A DNA stretch of 64,000 nucleotides, taken from NCBI GenBank assembly GCA_963801605.1, contig CAWDFP010000006.1, positions 416,001 to 480,000 of the forward strand, in the 5' to 3' direction. The notes beneath the pieces were generated by a model, which ran no database searches, was not told where the DNA came from, and worked only from the letters and a program-made list of their open reading frames with translations. Below are positions 32,674-45,074 of this stretch, in pieces (positions within the stretch are counted from its first letter, which is position 1; each line of letters opens with the position of its first letter). The DNA comes from an uncultured candidate division Zixibacteria bacterium. GTDB taxonomy: Bacteria; Zixibacteria; MSB-5A5; UBA10806. Made by a program: the position numbers and the translations under genes.

Positions 32674-33912
32674 ATGCGATTATTTTGGGTTATAATAATT
32701 ACGACGCTTTTTTCCTCTATCGCGCCGGGCCAGGAATTGCAGCAGGTCGGCTCTTTTCCGGCAACTGTGGCAAACAGGGTGGTTGTAAACGGCGATTTCG
32801 CTTATATTATCGATGACACTATTTTTGTTATTCTCGATGTTATCGATAAAACCTCGCCTTCTCTTAAAGGTAGTATCGTCATTCCCGGCCGGCCCGGCAG
32901 GTTCAATATCGAAGGCGATTACGCCTATATAACCGCCGATTCGGGCTTGCAAATTGTCAATATTTCTGATCGGCAAAATCCGATCATAGTTTCACACTTT
33001 ACCGGAGAGGCACCCGCCAAGGATGTCAAGGTATCGGGGGCACATGCTTATTTTTTGGATTATTCACATTTTCGAATTCTCGATATCTCCAATTCCGTAA
33101 ATCCGACAGAGCTTGGCAATCTTCATTTTAGCGGCACCAATGAGGCTCTCGCCCAAAGCGCGAATTATGTCTATTTAATAGGATGGCGGGTGGAATCGGA
33201 TATGCTTGTTTCAATCGATATTTCCAATCCGGCAAATCCAGTATTGGCCAATTATGTGACTGAGAATATGTTTTGCAGTCGGCTGTTTATCGATGGCAAC
33301 GACCTTTATGTGGTAAATCAACCGTACTATTTTAACATCTGGGATATATCTACGCCGGGAAATTTCATTTATCCGCCCCGCCACTTGGCGTTATCGGGAA
33401 TCACCAATATCTTTGCCGGATTTGGATACGCATTTGCCACTCTGGGCAGAAATGGATTATCGGTAATTGACATAGCGACCGGCGATAGTTGTACCGAGTT
33501 ATCGCGCTTGACCTTGCCCGCCTATGCCGCCGACCTGTATATTTCAGGTGAATATATTTATATCGCTGATACTGACTCGCTTCTTATTTTCAGATTTATT
33601 CCAGCTTCTGTTTCAGATCCATTGAGCCCGCCATCGGTTTATTCTCTATTTCAATCCTACCCCAATCCCTTCAACCCCTCCACCACTATCTCTTTTACCC
33701 TCCCATCCGCCCAACATGTGCGGCTAGAGATTTTTGATATACTCGGAAGAAGAGTGCGATTGTTAGCGGATCAGCGGTTTGAGGCAGGTGAACATATGAT
33801 TGTCTGGGATGGCAATAATCAAAGCGGGGCAGAAGCGCCATCGGGGGTGTATTTTTATCGGTTTCAGGGCGATCATATCGACGAAGCCCGTAAGATGGTA
33901 TTGTTAAGATAA
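32674..33912 (+). CDS. LVIVD-repeat beta-propeller protein with C-terminal FlgD-Ig / T9SS-like domain
   Basis: Repeated G.YAY…L.I.DISNP..P units; QSYPNPFNPST…SGVYFY. Confidence 0.88.
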   Translation: MRLFWVIIITTLFSSIAPGQELQQVGSFPATVANRVVVNGDFAYIIDDTIFVILDVIDKTSPSLKGSIVIPGRPGRFNIEGDYAYITADSGLQIVNISDRQNPIIVSHFTGEAPAKDVKVSGAHAYFLDYSHFRILDISNSVNPTELGNLHFSGTNEALAQSANYVYLIGWRVESDMLVSIDISNPANPVLANYVTENMFCSRLFIDGNDLYVVNQPYYFNIWDISTPGNFIYPPRHLALSGITNIFAGFGYAFATLGRNGLSVIDIATGDSCTELSRLTLPAYAADLYISGEYIYIADTDSLLIFRFIPASVSDPLSPPSVYSLFQSYPNPFNPSTTISFTLPSAQHVRLEIFDILGRRVRLLADQRFEAGEHMIVWDGNNQSGAEAPSGVYFYRFQGDHIDEARKMVLLR

Positions 33913-34152
33913 CTTCTCATGTATCAGGTTGTCGGAGGCCTTCCATCCTGATGCATAAAACATAGACGCATATCACCAATTAGTGATAAGGCTAAGCAGA
34001 TAAATCTATTGCAAAACAAGGGTACAATATTTATAATATTGCCCTGTTGTTGGAGATACCGTTTCTCCGCTTTTTTTGCTCTTTGAAGCCGGGGAAATGT
34101 TAGAAAATTTATGTGGCCTAATGGCTTTTGAGATTGTGAAAAGGAGAACAAT

Positions 34153-35571
34153 ATGTCCCTCACCGCGCTTTTGATACTAATCGGCGCTATCGTAGTAGTG
34201 GTAGCACTGATTCTTATCTTGATGGCAAAGCAGTATCGCAAAGTTGGTCCTAATGAGGTTCTGATTATTTCGGGTGGCGCCAAACACACGGTCACCGATC
34301 CCGACGGCACCAAACGGAAAATCGGGTATCGTATGCATATTGGCGGAGGAACGCTGGTCAAGCCGTTCGTGGAATCGGCCCAGATTCTGCCGCTCGAGGT
34401 CTACACTCTCGATTTGCAGGTTCCCGAAGTCCTAACCGCCCAGGGAATTCATATCACTGCCCAGGGACAGGGACAGGTCAAGATCGGCAGCGACGAGTAC
34501 TCGATCCGCATGGCCGCCGAGCAGTTCCTCGGTACCGGCGGCGAAGGTATCAAGGACGTAGCAGCCAAGATTCTCGAGGGCCACATGCGCGAGGCACTGG
34601 GCAAGATGACAGTTGAGGAGCTTTATAAAAAGCGATCTGAATTTGCCGAAATTGTCAAAGATTCGGCGTCGAAAGATTTTGCGCGGATGGGCCTAACTGT
34701 TCTCTCGTACTCACTTAAAGATTTCTCCGATAAGGTCGGATATATCGATTCGCTGGGCAAGCCGCAGATAGCGCAGGCTCGCGGAGAGGCCGCAGTGGCC
34801 GAGGCTGAAGCCGAAATGGAAGCGACTGTCAAGGCCGCATCCGCGCGCAAGGAATCTGACATTGCCAAGTTCAAAGCCGAAACTGAAATCGCCGAAGCTA
34901 ACCGCGATTACGAACTCAAGCGCGCTGAGTATTCCGCTATAATCAATACCAAGAAGGCCCAGGCCGATCTTTCCTATGAGATTGAACGTCAGAAAATGAA
35001 TCAACAACTCAAGAGGGAAGAGTACTCGGTCAAGATGGTCGAAAAAGAAAGCGCCATCAAGCTTGAGGAAAAAGAAGTTATCCGCAAGGAAAAAGAACTC
35101 GAATCGACAGTTATAAAGCAAGCCGACGCCCGTAAATATCAGATAATCTCCGAGACCGACGCCAACGCCTATAAGCTCGCCGAAGAAGCCAAAGGCAAAG
35201 CCGCCGGCATTCGTCTATATGGCAACTCCGAGGCCGAGGCGATGAAAGCCAAAGCCGCGGCATATGCCGATTATAATCAAGCCGCCATATATCAAATGCT
35301 CATCTCCGTCATGCCGGAACTGGCCCGTGCGGTATCCGAGCCGCTATCCAAGGTAGACAAGATCGTCATGATCGATTCCGGCGGCAATGGCCCATCCGGC
35401 GCGACACGGGTCACCAAGCAGGTGGCCGATGTGCTGGCGCAGCTTCCCACGGTGGTAGAATCGCTTTCGGGCGTTGATCTCAAGAAGCTTTTGGAGCGTT
35501 TTGGCCAGGCCCTGCGCGATAAAAAGCCGAGCATGGCAAGAAAAACGGAGAATGGCGAAATAGGCTTTTAA
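34153..35571 (+). CDS. Flotillin (SPFH/band 7 plus coiled coil)
   Basis: N-terminal TM helix, YRKVGPNEVLIISG, AAEQFLG, LEGHMR and an AEA-rich coiled coil. Confidence 0.93.
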   Translation: MSLTALLILIGAIVVVVALILILMAKQYRKVGPNEVLIISGGAKHTVTDPDGTKRKIGYRMHIGGGTLVKPFVESAQILPLEVYTLDLQVPEVLTAQGIHITAQGQGQVKIGSDEYSIRMAAEQFLGTGGEGIKDVAAKILEGHMREALGKMTVEELYKKRSEFAEIVKDSASKDFARMGLTVLSYSLKDFSDKVGYIDSLGKPQIAQARGEAAVAEAEAEMEATVKAASARKESDIAKFKAETEIAEANRDYELKRAEYSAIINTKKAQADLSYEIERQKMNQQLKREEYSVKMVEKESAIKLEEKEVIRKEKELESTVIKQADARKYQIISETDANAYKLAEEAKGKAAGIRLYGNSEAEAMKAKAAAYADYNQAAIYQMLISVMPELARAVSEPLSKVDKIVMIDSGGNGPSGATRVTKQVADVLAQLPTVVESLSGVDLKKLLERFGQALRDKKPSMARKTENGEIGF

Positions 35572-35578
35572 GGAGATT

Positions 35579-35610
35579 GTAGGTCAGGTCGCCTGCGACC
35601 TGACTCTTTT
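35579..35610 (+). repeat. GTAG-type REP-like palindrome, possibly also a terminator
   Basis: GTAG followed by the perfect hairpin GTCAGGTCGC-ct-GCGACCTGAC, then TCTTTT. Confidence 0.5.
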
Positions 35611-35651
35611 CCTTCCTTACGAATTGACGAATGAGATAAAGGAATATATTT

Positions 35652-37993
<2,342 letters not shown>

Positions 37994-38013
37994 GAAATTC
38001 CGATAGAAACACC

Positions 38014-38047
38014 AAAGGGCGGACCAGAGATGGGACGCCCTTTTTTT
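38014..38047 (+). terminator. Intrinsic terminator
   Basis: AAAGGGCG…CGCCC followed by TTTTTTT. Confidence 0.7.
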
Positions 38048-38086
38048 GTTATAGAAGTTGATCTAAAAGTCAATTATCCAAATAAC

Positions 38087-39580
38087 TTATTTGTAACTTG
38101 GGTTAACACTAAAGAAGCATTTTAATTTGATCTTTTTTTCTACTTTTATTTTATTATCATTCACCAAACTCGATGTATAAACATAAACTGAAGTCTGCTT
38201 AAAACCAGTAATTTTTCTTATTGAATCTCTACTAATCGGTTCAGGGCTTTCCTTAATACAATTAAATATTATTTCCTTATTATGTTCCATTGTTAATGAA
38301 TTTGATGCCTTTGGAATAGGCAAATTATACAGATATCTGAATGAATTGATACTACCATAAGTTCTAAGCATTTTTACAATCCAATTTCTACCAAAAGAAT
38401 CCTTTGACAGCTCTGTTGTGGTAGGGTGATGGCCGTAATTACAAACTAATTTTATATATTCATTATATAATGCAATTTTATGGCCGGTTTCCTTAATATA
38501 TTTGATATCGATGCCATATTTAATCAATCCCTGTTTTAGTATTGATTTTGGCAGGCCATATTTCAATGACAATTTTTCGGCGACTTTTCGCCAAGAACCC
38601 AATTCAATAATTTCATTAATTAATTCAATTTTAGGAATTACCAGAATGCTCTTTTTCGCCCTAGAAATCCTTTCTTTTCTATAACTCCTTGCCCAAATTC
38701 GTTCGCGAATTATCCTGTTCGCGTAACCCCTTTCTAATAGCTGCCTTACGTATTCTCTTGTTGTCCCAATCGCGTTTCCAGCAGATTCGAGGCTACCTGT
38801 TCTTAAATATAAATCAAATGCTATTTTTATTGATTCTATAATTGGGGGTTTTAGGGGCCTGTTAGGATACTGTTGAATTTTTATTACTCTATTTAAATAG
38901 GCCACTCTTATTAATTTGCCTACCCTAGCTAATGGTAAACCCGTTATTAACGACACCTCGCTTTGCCCGCCATATTGGTACCACATTCTATTCAGCTTCT
39001 TAAGCGCTTTTACTTTATAAAAATTTGTGGATATTTCATTTTTATTTAAGAGCGTTAATTCTTTTGACGTTAAGTGAATTTTCTTTATAAAATTATATTT
39101 TTCATGTCTAAAATATATAGTATTATATTTTATGATAGCGGGAGTGTTTACGTTATCAGATTTATTATAAATACACAAATCATTTTGACGCCTAACTGAA
39201 TATTGATCAACGAACCATTGTTTTAACTTATATTGCATTCTTGCATTTTCACGACCATAATGTGAAATGGTTTCATCAAGTATAAAAATAGCCTTATTAT
39301 AATTGTCTTCGTTTGGTATGCAGTTGCCCAATATTTTTTTTACTATTTTATAACTAACTAATTTGTCGCGCGCATCAGGTAACCCAAGATTTTCACTAAA
39401 ATATAGATATAAATATCTGCCAGTGGAATATCTAATTTTCAAATACGTGCAGGAGTTTTTAATTGTAGTTGCGTATGTCCAAGTATTATAAAAAAGCCTT
39501 GCCGCTTCTTCAATTGTTTCAGGCGAAATATTAATTCGACCAGTTATATTAACAATATCATCTTCTACGCTTTTGTCCAT
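38087..39580 (-). CDS. AT-rich, basic multi-HTH hypothetical protein
   Basis: 497-aa ORF in very AT-rich DNA. HTH-like SLESAGNAIGTTREYVRQLL, a GHHPT…RTYGSIN repeat-type motif and a C-terminal winged-helix-like ISRDSIRKITGFKQTSVY. Confidence 0.6.
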   Translation of the reverse strand: MDKSVEDDIVNITGRINISPETIEEAARLFYNTWTYATTIKNSCTYLKIRYSTGRYLYLYFSENLGLPDARDKLVSYKIVKKILGNCIPNEDNYNKAIFILDETISHYGRENARMQYKLKQWFVDQYSVRRQNDLCIYNKSDNVNTPAIIKYNTIYFRHEKYNFIKKIHLTSKELTLLNKNEISTNFYKVKALKKLNRMWYQYGGQSEVSLITGLPLARVGKLIRVAYLNRVIKIQQYPNRPLKPPIIESIKIAFDLYLRTGSLESAGNAIGTTREYVRQLLERGYANRIIRERIWARSYRKERISRAKKSILVIPKIELINEIIELGSWRKVAEKLSLKYGLPKSILKQGLIKYGIDIKYIKETGHKIALYNEYIKLVCNYGHHPTTTELSKDSFGRNWIVKMLRTYGSINSFRYLYNLPIPKASNSLTMEHNKEIIFNCIKESPEPISRDSIRKITGFKQTSVYVYTSSLVNDNKIKVEKKIKLKCFFSVNPSYK

Positions 39581-39629
39581 AATACTTTATTGCGTTTTGG
39601 CTTTAAGCCGATAAAATTAATGATTGCGC

Positions 39630-40799
39630 TCAAAACGGTAAATCCTCATCCGTTTTTCCAGCATCATCACCTGCGGGCAATTCTAGGATAGGTAATTCCG
39701 CCAAAGAGCTACCTATTATACCTTGAACATCGCCATACATGCCAGCAGTGTTTTTAATAACCAATTCAAGCTGTTTCTCCCTTTTTGACCACATTTTCTC
39801 GAAAGCCCTTTTTTCATCTCCAAGGTCTTTCTTTAAAGCAACAAATGCTTCAGCGATAGCCTGAACACGTTGGCCAAATTCCGGACCCGATAAATACTCA
39901 AATAGCAAATCCATTTTTTGACTTTTCCCTACTTGGGCAAGACGTGACATAGATATGCCAATCAAATTTTCGCGAAGGGCGGTCGCAAGGGCTAGAGTGC
40001 AAGGAAGGTCAGTAATCCAGACTCCCTTAACAAGATCAAATCTATTTATATCCTTGGGGAGCGTAGCAGTTACGATAACCGCTATATCTGCCTTTTCGTC
40101 TCTCTGGTTCTCTTTTATTTTATCAACCCAACCATTCGACCATGCTTGGGTTCGTTTGGATTCCCATATAATAATTCCGCAGTTTTTCCCGGAAGAGGAA
40201 TTTACAATTTGCAGTACGTCCGCCCCCTTCTTGCCCTTATTTACTGGGGTTATTTCATCATATGGGAATTTTTGCCGTAATATTTCTTCAAGTTCCACTT
40301 CTTGAGCTTCGCCCTGGGCCTGCTGAGATCTTTGTTCGAGTTTCCTATTGAGGTCATCCAATTGTTTTTTAAATCCTTCAATTTGCAGGTCTTTTTCTTT
40401 TTCCTTAAGCCGATAGGATTCAAGCGCCTTCTCGGTTGCCGCGTTTTTTATTTTTTCTGTTTCCTCATCGATTTTTCTAGCGACCTCTAACTCAAGATTC
40501 TCCGCTCTCTCTTCTAATTGACGTTTGTCTTTCCTTAAAGCAAGCTCCTGTTCTTCAAGCCCTTTCAATTTTCCCGATTTTTCCTTAACTTCCTCCTGAA
40601 GATCTAACATTCTGACTGAGACTTCTTTCTCGGCCGTGATTTTCGCTTCCTTTTCAATTTTTACGCGCTCTTTTTCTGCTATTATGTCATACTCCCCAGC
40701 GATATCCTTTCTTAATCTCTCTTCGATATTGAGTGTAAGGGCTTGCGTTAATTGAATTTTTGCACTGCAATTTGGACATGTAATATAGTCATCTGCCAT
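39630..40799 (-). CDS. DUF2130 family protein
   Basis: N-terminal CPNC, coiled coil, SQQAQGEAQE, KGADVLQ and IIWESKRT..WS..W. Confidence 0.88.
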   Translation of the reverse strand: MADDYITCPNCSAKIQLTQALTLNIEERLRKDIAGEYDIIAEKERVKIEKEAKITAEKEVSVRMLDLQEEVKEKSGKLKGLEEQELALRKDKRQLEERAENLELEVARKIDEETEKIKNAATEKALESYRLKEKEKDLQIEGFKKQLDDLNRKLEQRSQQAQGEAQEVELEEILRQKFPYDEITPVNKGKKGADVLQIVNSSSGKNCGIIIWESKRTQAWSNGWVDKIKENQRDEKADIAVIVTATLPKDINRFDLVKGVWITDLPCTLALATALRENLIGISMSRLAQVGKSQKMDLLFEYLSGPEFGQRVQAIAEAFVALKKDLGDEKRAFEKMWSKREKQLELVIKNTAGMYGDVQGIIGSSLAELPILELPAGDDAGKTDEDLPF

Positions 40800-40932
40800 A
40801 ATGAATCTCCCTAAAACGTAGTATTATTTCTGAAATAGATATATTCATCAATAAAATGCCTCCGCATTCATAGGGCCGGCACCACGAATTCTTTCCCGCA
40901 AGGAAATTGCCGTCCTGCACTACAATATCATA

Positions 40933-42147
40933 TCACCTGCTATACGGCGCCCAAGATGGGTTGCCGTTATAGAAAGGGCTGTTAGTAATGCTCATCGGAT
41001 TGGAGCCATCTGCATTCATGACATAAATTTCGATATTTGTTCCCCCGGCATCAGATGTGCAATATGCAATCTGGCTATCATCGGGAGACCAGCATGGATT
41101 GGATCCGGATTGCGAATTTTGGACATTATGCACATTAGAGCCATCGGAGTTCATCACAAAAATTTGGTAAGTGTCTAACTCAGGCACATATCTTACAAAT
41201 GCAATGTTGGCGCCATCATGCGACCAGGCGGGCTGTGAATCATAATAAGTGTTGTGACTGATTTGCCGCAAATTTGTCCCATCTGAATTAACGGTATAAA
41301 TTGCATAACCATATTCGGCTACACTATCGCTTGGGAATGCGATCTGGCCCTGCATTGACCAGGCTATCTTCTCGCTTTCCCAATTGGGAATACGATATCT
41401 CGTAATCTGATGCGGATTTTCACCATTGGCGTCGACTACCCAAACGGCTCCGTGAAAAACCTCATTATCGCCCTCTACGACATAAGCTATTTGACTGCCG
41501 TCTGGAGACCAGACCGGTTCTGAGACCCAATTGTCACTTATTACTTGAAACAGGCCGGTGCCGTCATGGTTTGCTGTATAAATACCCCCACTCACTCGGC
41601 CAAAAACTAATTTCGAACCATCATTTGAGAATGTCAGACCGGAAAAAAACAGATCCAAAGTATCAAGGATAACATGCGGGCCCGCGCCATCGGCGTTCAT
41701 TATACGAATAACGGTATGTCCACCACTATTGAATAGATAAGCTATCCGCTCCTGACCAGGCACCGTGGAAAAATGCCAGACAGGCGAGGCCGTAGCGCTG
41801 TCGTGCTCATCGATAGCTACGATTTTCCAATAATAATCTCTGCTGACCTCAATACTATCGAGGGCGTAAGTTGAATCCAACTGCCCGGAGGATATGACTC
41901 CCGGATTGGCTAAAGTATCGAAATAGACATCGTATTTGATGGTGTCATAATCCGAATCATAACTGTGCCACCTGAGCGTAAGGCTGGTGCCTACGCCGGT
42001 AGCATCCATGGCAGGAGATGGATTTGATGGAACACTGGGCGCCTGGTTTACAGGCGGCTGTATTGTTTTATCTTTTCCGCAGGCCAGAATTATCACAATG
42101 CAGGATGCGAAAACAAGATAGTTTATGATCCGTAAATAGGACGACAT
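40933..42147 (-). CDS. TolB-like (PD40 repeat) lipoprotein with N-terminal FN3-like domain
   Basis: Lipobox ILAC, YYWKIVA and repeated P.WSPDGSQIAY / IYVMNADGS. Confidence 0.88.
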   Translation of the reverse strand: MSSYLRIINYLVFASCIVIILACGKDKTIQPPVNQAPSVPSNPSPAMDATGVGTSLTLRWHSYDSDYDTIKYDVYFDTLANPGVISSGQLDSTYALDSIEVSRDYYWKIVAIDEHDSATASPVWHFSTVPGQERIAYLFNSGGHTVIRIMNADGAGPHVILDTLDLFFSGLTFSNDGSKLVFGRVSGGIYTANHDGTGLFQVISDNWVSEPVWSPDGSQIAYVVEGDNEVFHGAVWVVDANGENPHQITRYRIPNWESEKIAWSMQGQIAFPSDSVAEYGYAIYTVNSDGTNLRQISHNTYYDSQPAWSHDGANIAFVRYVPELDTYQIFVMNSDGSNVHNVQNSQSGSNPCWSPDDSQIAYCTSDAGGTNIEIYVMNADGSNPMSITNSPFYNGNPSWAPYSR

Positions 42148-42452
42148 AATTCCTCCAATCCCCGTTCGAAAATTGGAAAACGTTGCAGTACAAACTCAAA
42201 GGATGTCTAAGACGGAATCAATATAGACATGATTGGCGTTACTGTCAAGATCCAAAAACCCAATCGGTCTGCATAGGTCCTGACACGCAACTTATCGGGG
42301 GCAGAGGACTGATATTTCGAGCGCACGCTTTTCTTCTGGCGCTTGAAATCCCAATATTATATAATATTGTAAAGCTTATCTTTGATTGTAACGCGCCGTA
42401 GAATATCAACGCCGCGGCTTCAGGTCCCAACATCTCAAGCACAGGAGATGAA

Positions 42453-42821
42453 ATGCGTAAACCTTATTACCCTATAATTGTAATTTTGCTAGTTGTGGTA
42501 TCCCTGTTTTCCTGTGGCAAGAAAAAGCCCACGGCGCCACAACCGCTTACCCATGCTGTCACCCTGCAATATCAGAATTATCTTACCTCCACTTGTCTGC
42601 GCTTAATTGTGGGATATACTGCCGTTAATGTCTGCGGCCTGACCAGAGAATCGAGCGCCGTTACGGCCGGCGAATACGACTACAGGCTTTATTCGGTCAC
42701 GAATCCGGGGCCGACCGAGGTGCTGGCTTTGATAATTTCCGGCCGCGTAAACATGGATAGACCCAAAACTCTAATTGTTGATGGTAGCGATATCTACTGG
42801 TGGTGGTGGGCCAAAAATTAG
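42453..42821 (+). CDS. Small hypothetical lipoprotein
   Basis: RBS AGGAG and lipobox LFSC followed by GKKKPTAP. Confidence 0.65.
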   Translation: MRKPYYPIIVILLVVVSLFSCGKKKPTAPQPLTHAVTLQYQNYLTSTCLRLIVGYTAVNVCGLTRESSAVTAGEYDYRLYSVTNPGPTEVLALIISGRVNMDRPKTLIVDGSDIYWWWWAKN

Positions 42822-42891
42822 AAATTCAGACAAACCTTGACCCTCCAATAGAAAATCGGTAATATAGCTAAACGATAAAGTTGCTTTTAAT

Positions 42892-44130
42892 TTGGGAGTA
42901 ATGCCTGTGACCTCAATTTTGATTTTTATCGTCGGAACCATCTTTGGCGTAATCATCGCGTTTGCGGTTCATACTATTATACAGAAAAAATCTGATGACG
43001 AGCTGGCTCTCAAGAAGGACGAGGTCATAAACGCATCCAAAGCCGCCTTTTTCGAGGTTGCCAGCCAATCGACAAGCCAACTGATAGAACTCGCCAAACA
43101 AACTCTCGATGCTAAAACATCTGAAAGCTCAGCCGAACTCGAAAGCAAGAAGCAGTTGATTGATCAATCGCTGTCGAGCCTCTCCAAAGAGATGCAGGAG
43201 CGAATGGAGAAAGTCCAGAAGCTTATGACCGAGATCAATCAGGCCGTCCCCGAAAAATATGGGCAAGTTTCATCGGCTATCAGCAATATCGCCCAACCCA
43301 AAGCGAAAATCTCAGAAAAACGACCGATCTATTACGTATTGCCCTTTCCGGCTCGCAGCAACGCGGGCAGTGGGGCGAGCGAATCGCGGAGGATATCCTT
43401 CGGCATGTGGGCTTGGTGGAAGGCGTCAGCTATATCAAACAGCGGCAGATCGAGGGCGGGAGATCGCGTCCCGATTTTACGTTCATTCTTCCTGAAAACC
43501 TCAAGGTCAACATGGATGTCAAATTTCCGATCAGACGTTACCTCGAATTTCTCAACGCCGAGGGCGATCCTCAGCGCGAAAGCGCTAAAAAGATATTTCT
43601 GACATCGGTGCGCGCCCGGATTAAAGAAGTTACCACTCGAGATTATATCAACCCCGATGATAATACCGTGGATTATGTCTTAGTTTTTATCCCTAACGAG
43701 CAGGTTTACGCATTCATTCACGAGTGCGATTCGACAATCCTCGATGATGCGCTCAAGCAGAAAGTGGTGCTTTGTTCACCGCTAACGTTATATGCCATGC
43801 TGGCCCTGATTCGCCAGGCTATCGATAATTTCAATCTGCGAAAATCGTCGACTGAAATTCAGGCGCTTTTAGCGGGTTTCTCGCAGCAATGGGGGAAATT
43901 CGTTGCTTGTATGAACAATATGGGTGAAAAGCTTGATTCGGCTAAAGATGAATTTGATAAATTAACCGGCACTCGTAAGAAAATGCTCGATAGCCAGATT
44001 AAAGAAGATCGATCAGCTTAATAAAGAAGGCAATATCCTACCCAAAATTGCCAACGACAATGGTGAATCCACCGAAATCGAATTACCCAATCAGGTAAAT
44101 AAAAATATAAAGGGCGATTCGTTGTTGTAG
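42892..44130 (+). CDS. rmuC: DNA recombination protein RmuC; frameshifts near 43298 and 44002
   Basis: TM helix and coiled coil. Reframed sequence reads QRGQWGE, RPDF.F.LP, DVKFP, VFIPNE and SPLTL. The tail reframes to …NIKGDSLL* ending at 44130. Confidence 0.88.
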
Positions 44131-44206
44131 ATTATTAAATACCATCAGACATCACAAATATAACCACTTCGCACTGTCCGATTAATTTAATCAAATAAGT
44201 CGCATA

Positions 44207-44950
44207 CTATTCTAAATCAAAGCTGGCCGAAACCGAGGCCCTGACACTAATAGTCCCCAGGGCGATGGGATTTTCATCCGATTGCGATGATGGGGCATTT
44301 TGAACTACATTTTGAGACATGTAACGGCTGCCATAATAGCCATAGTCATACCATCCGCCATACCCGGAATACCAGCTTGAATAGCCCTCCGATATTGAAT
44401 GGGCCTTGCCAACTTTCAACCCCAGCTCCGCCGTTAGCGCCTGCGCTTTTTCCACGGCTGCCTTTATCGCGTTGGCGCGCGCCTGGTCACGATACTTACG
44501 AAGCTCGCTGGTTTGAAATTGAACGCTTTGAATGTTTATTATACCCGTATCCAAAAGGTCGCTCATCAGGGTTTCGTATTTGGTGATATCTTTTAGGGTG
44601 ATGGACAACCTCCGCCGAACCTGATAACCGATGAAAACCTCATGATTATCATATTTGGGTGCAACATCGAAATATTCCGTCGTGATGTCTTTTTCCAGGA
44701 CGCCATCTTTCATAGCGGCAGCAATCGCGTCCTTGACAAGTTTTTCGTTTTGCCTTTTGGCCACATTCATTACAGAATCGACCTTTTCAACTCCAACCAT
44801 AATAACAACCCTGTCCGGCACGACCTTAATTTCGGCGTCACCCGTTACGCTTATGGTGCGAGAATCGGACTTTTGCTCGGCGAAGGCAGGCAGCGTCAGC
44901 GACAAAAGGAGCGCCATCACAAGGATCAATTTTGATGTTATCGAGTTCAT
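44207..44950 (-). CDS. SIMPL (DUF541) domain periplasmic protein
   Basis: Signal peptide, RTISVTGDAEIKVVPD, ARANAIKAAVEKA and ASVSASFDLE. Confidence 0.9.
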   Translation of the reverse strand: MNSITSKLILVMALLLSLTLPAFAEQKSDSRTISVTGDAEIKVVPDRVVIMVGVEKVDSVMNVAKRQNEKLVKDAIAAAMKDGVLEKDITTEYFDVAPKYDNHEVFIGYQVRRRLSITLKDITKYETLMSDLLDTGIINIQSVQFQTSELRKYRDQARANAIKAAVEKAQALTAELGLKVGKAHSISEGYSSWYSGYGGWYDYGYYGSRYMSQNVVQNAPSSQSDENPIALGTISVRASVSASFDLE

Positions 44951-45074
44951 TACTCCTCCCATAAAAAATAAATAAGTTGTTTATCAAATCTATTACGAAC
45001 CGCTGGGGGATTTATTCCATTCGAAGCTAAAAACAAATGCTATATGTTCTGAATGCTCCTCAGCGCCGGAAATT

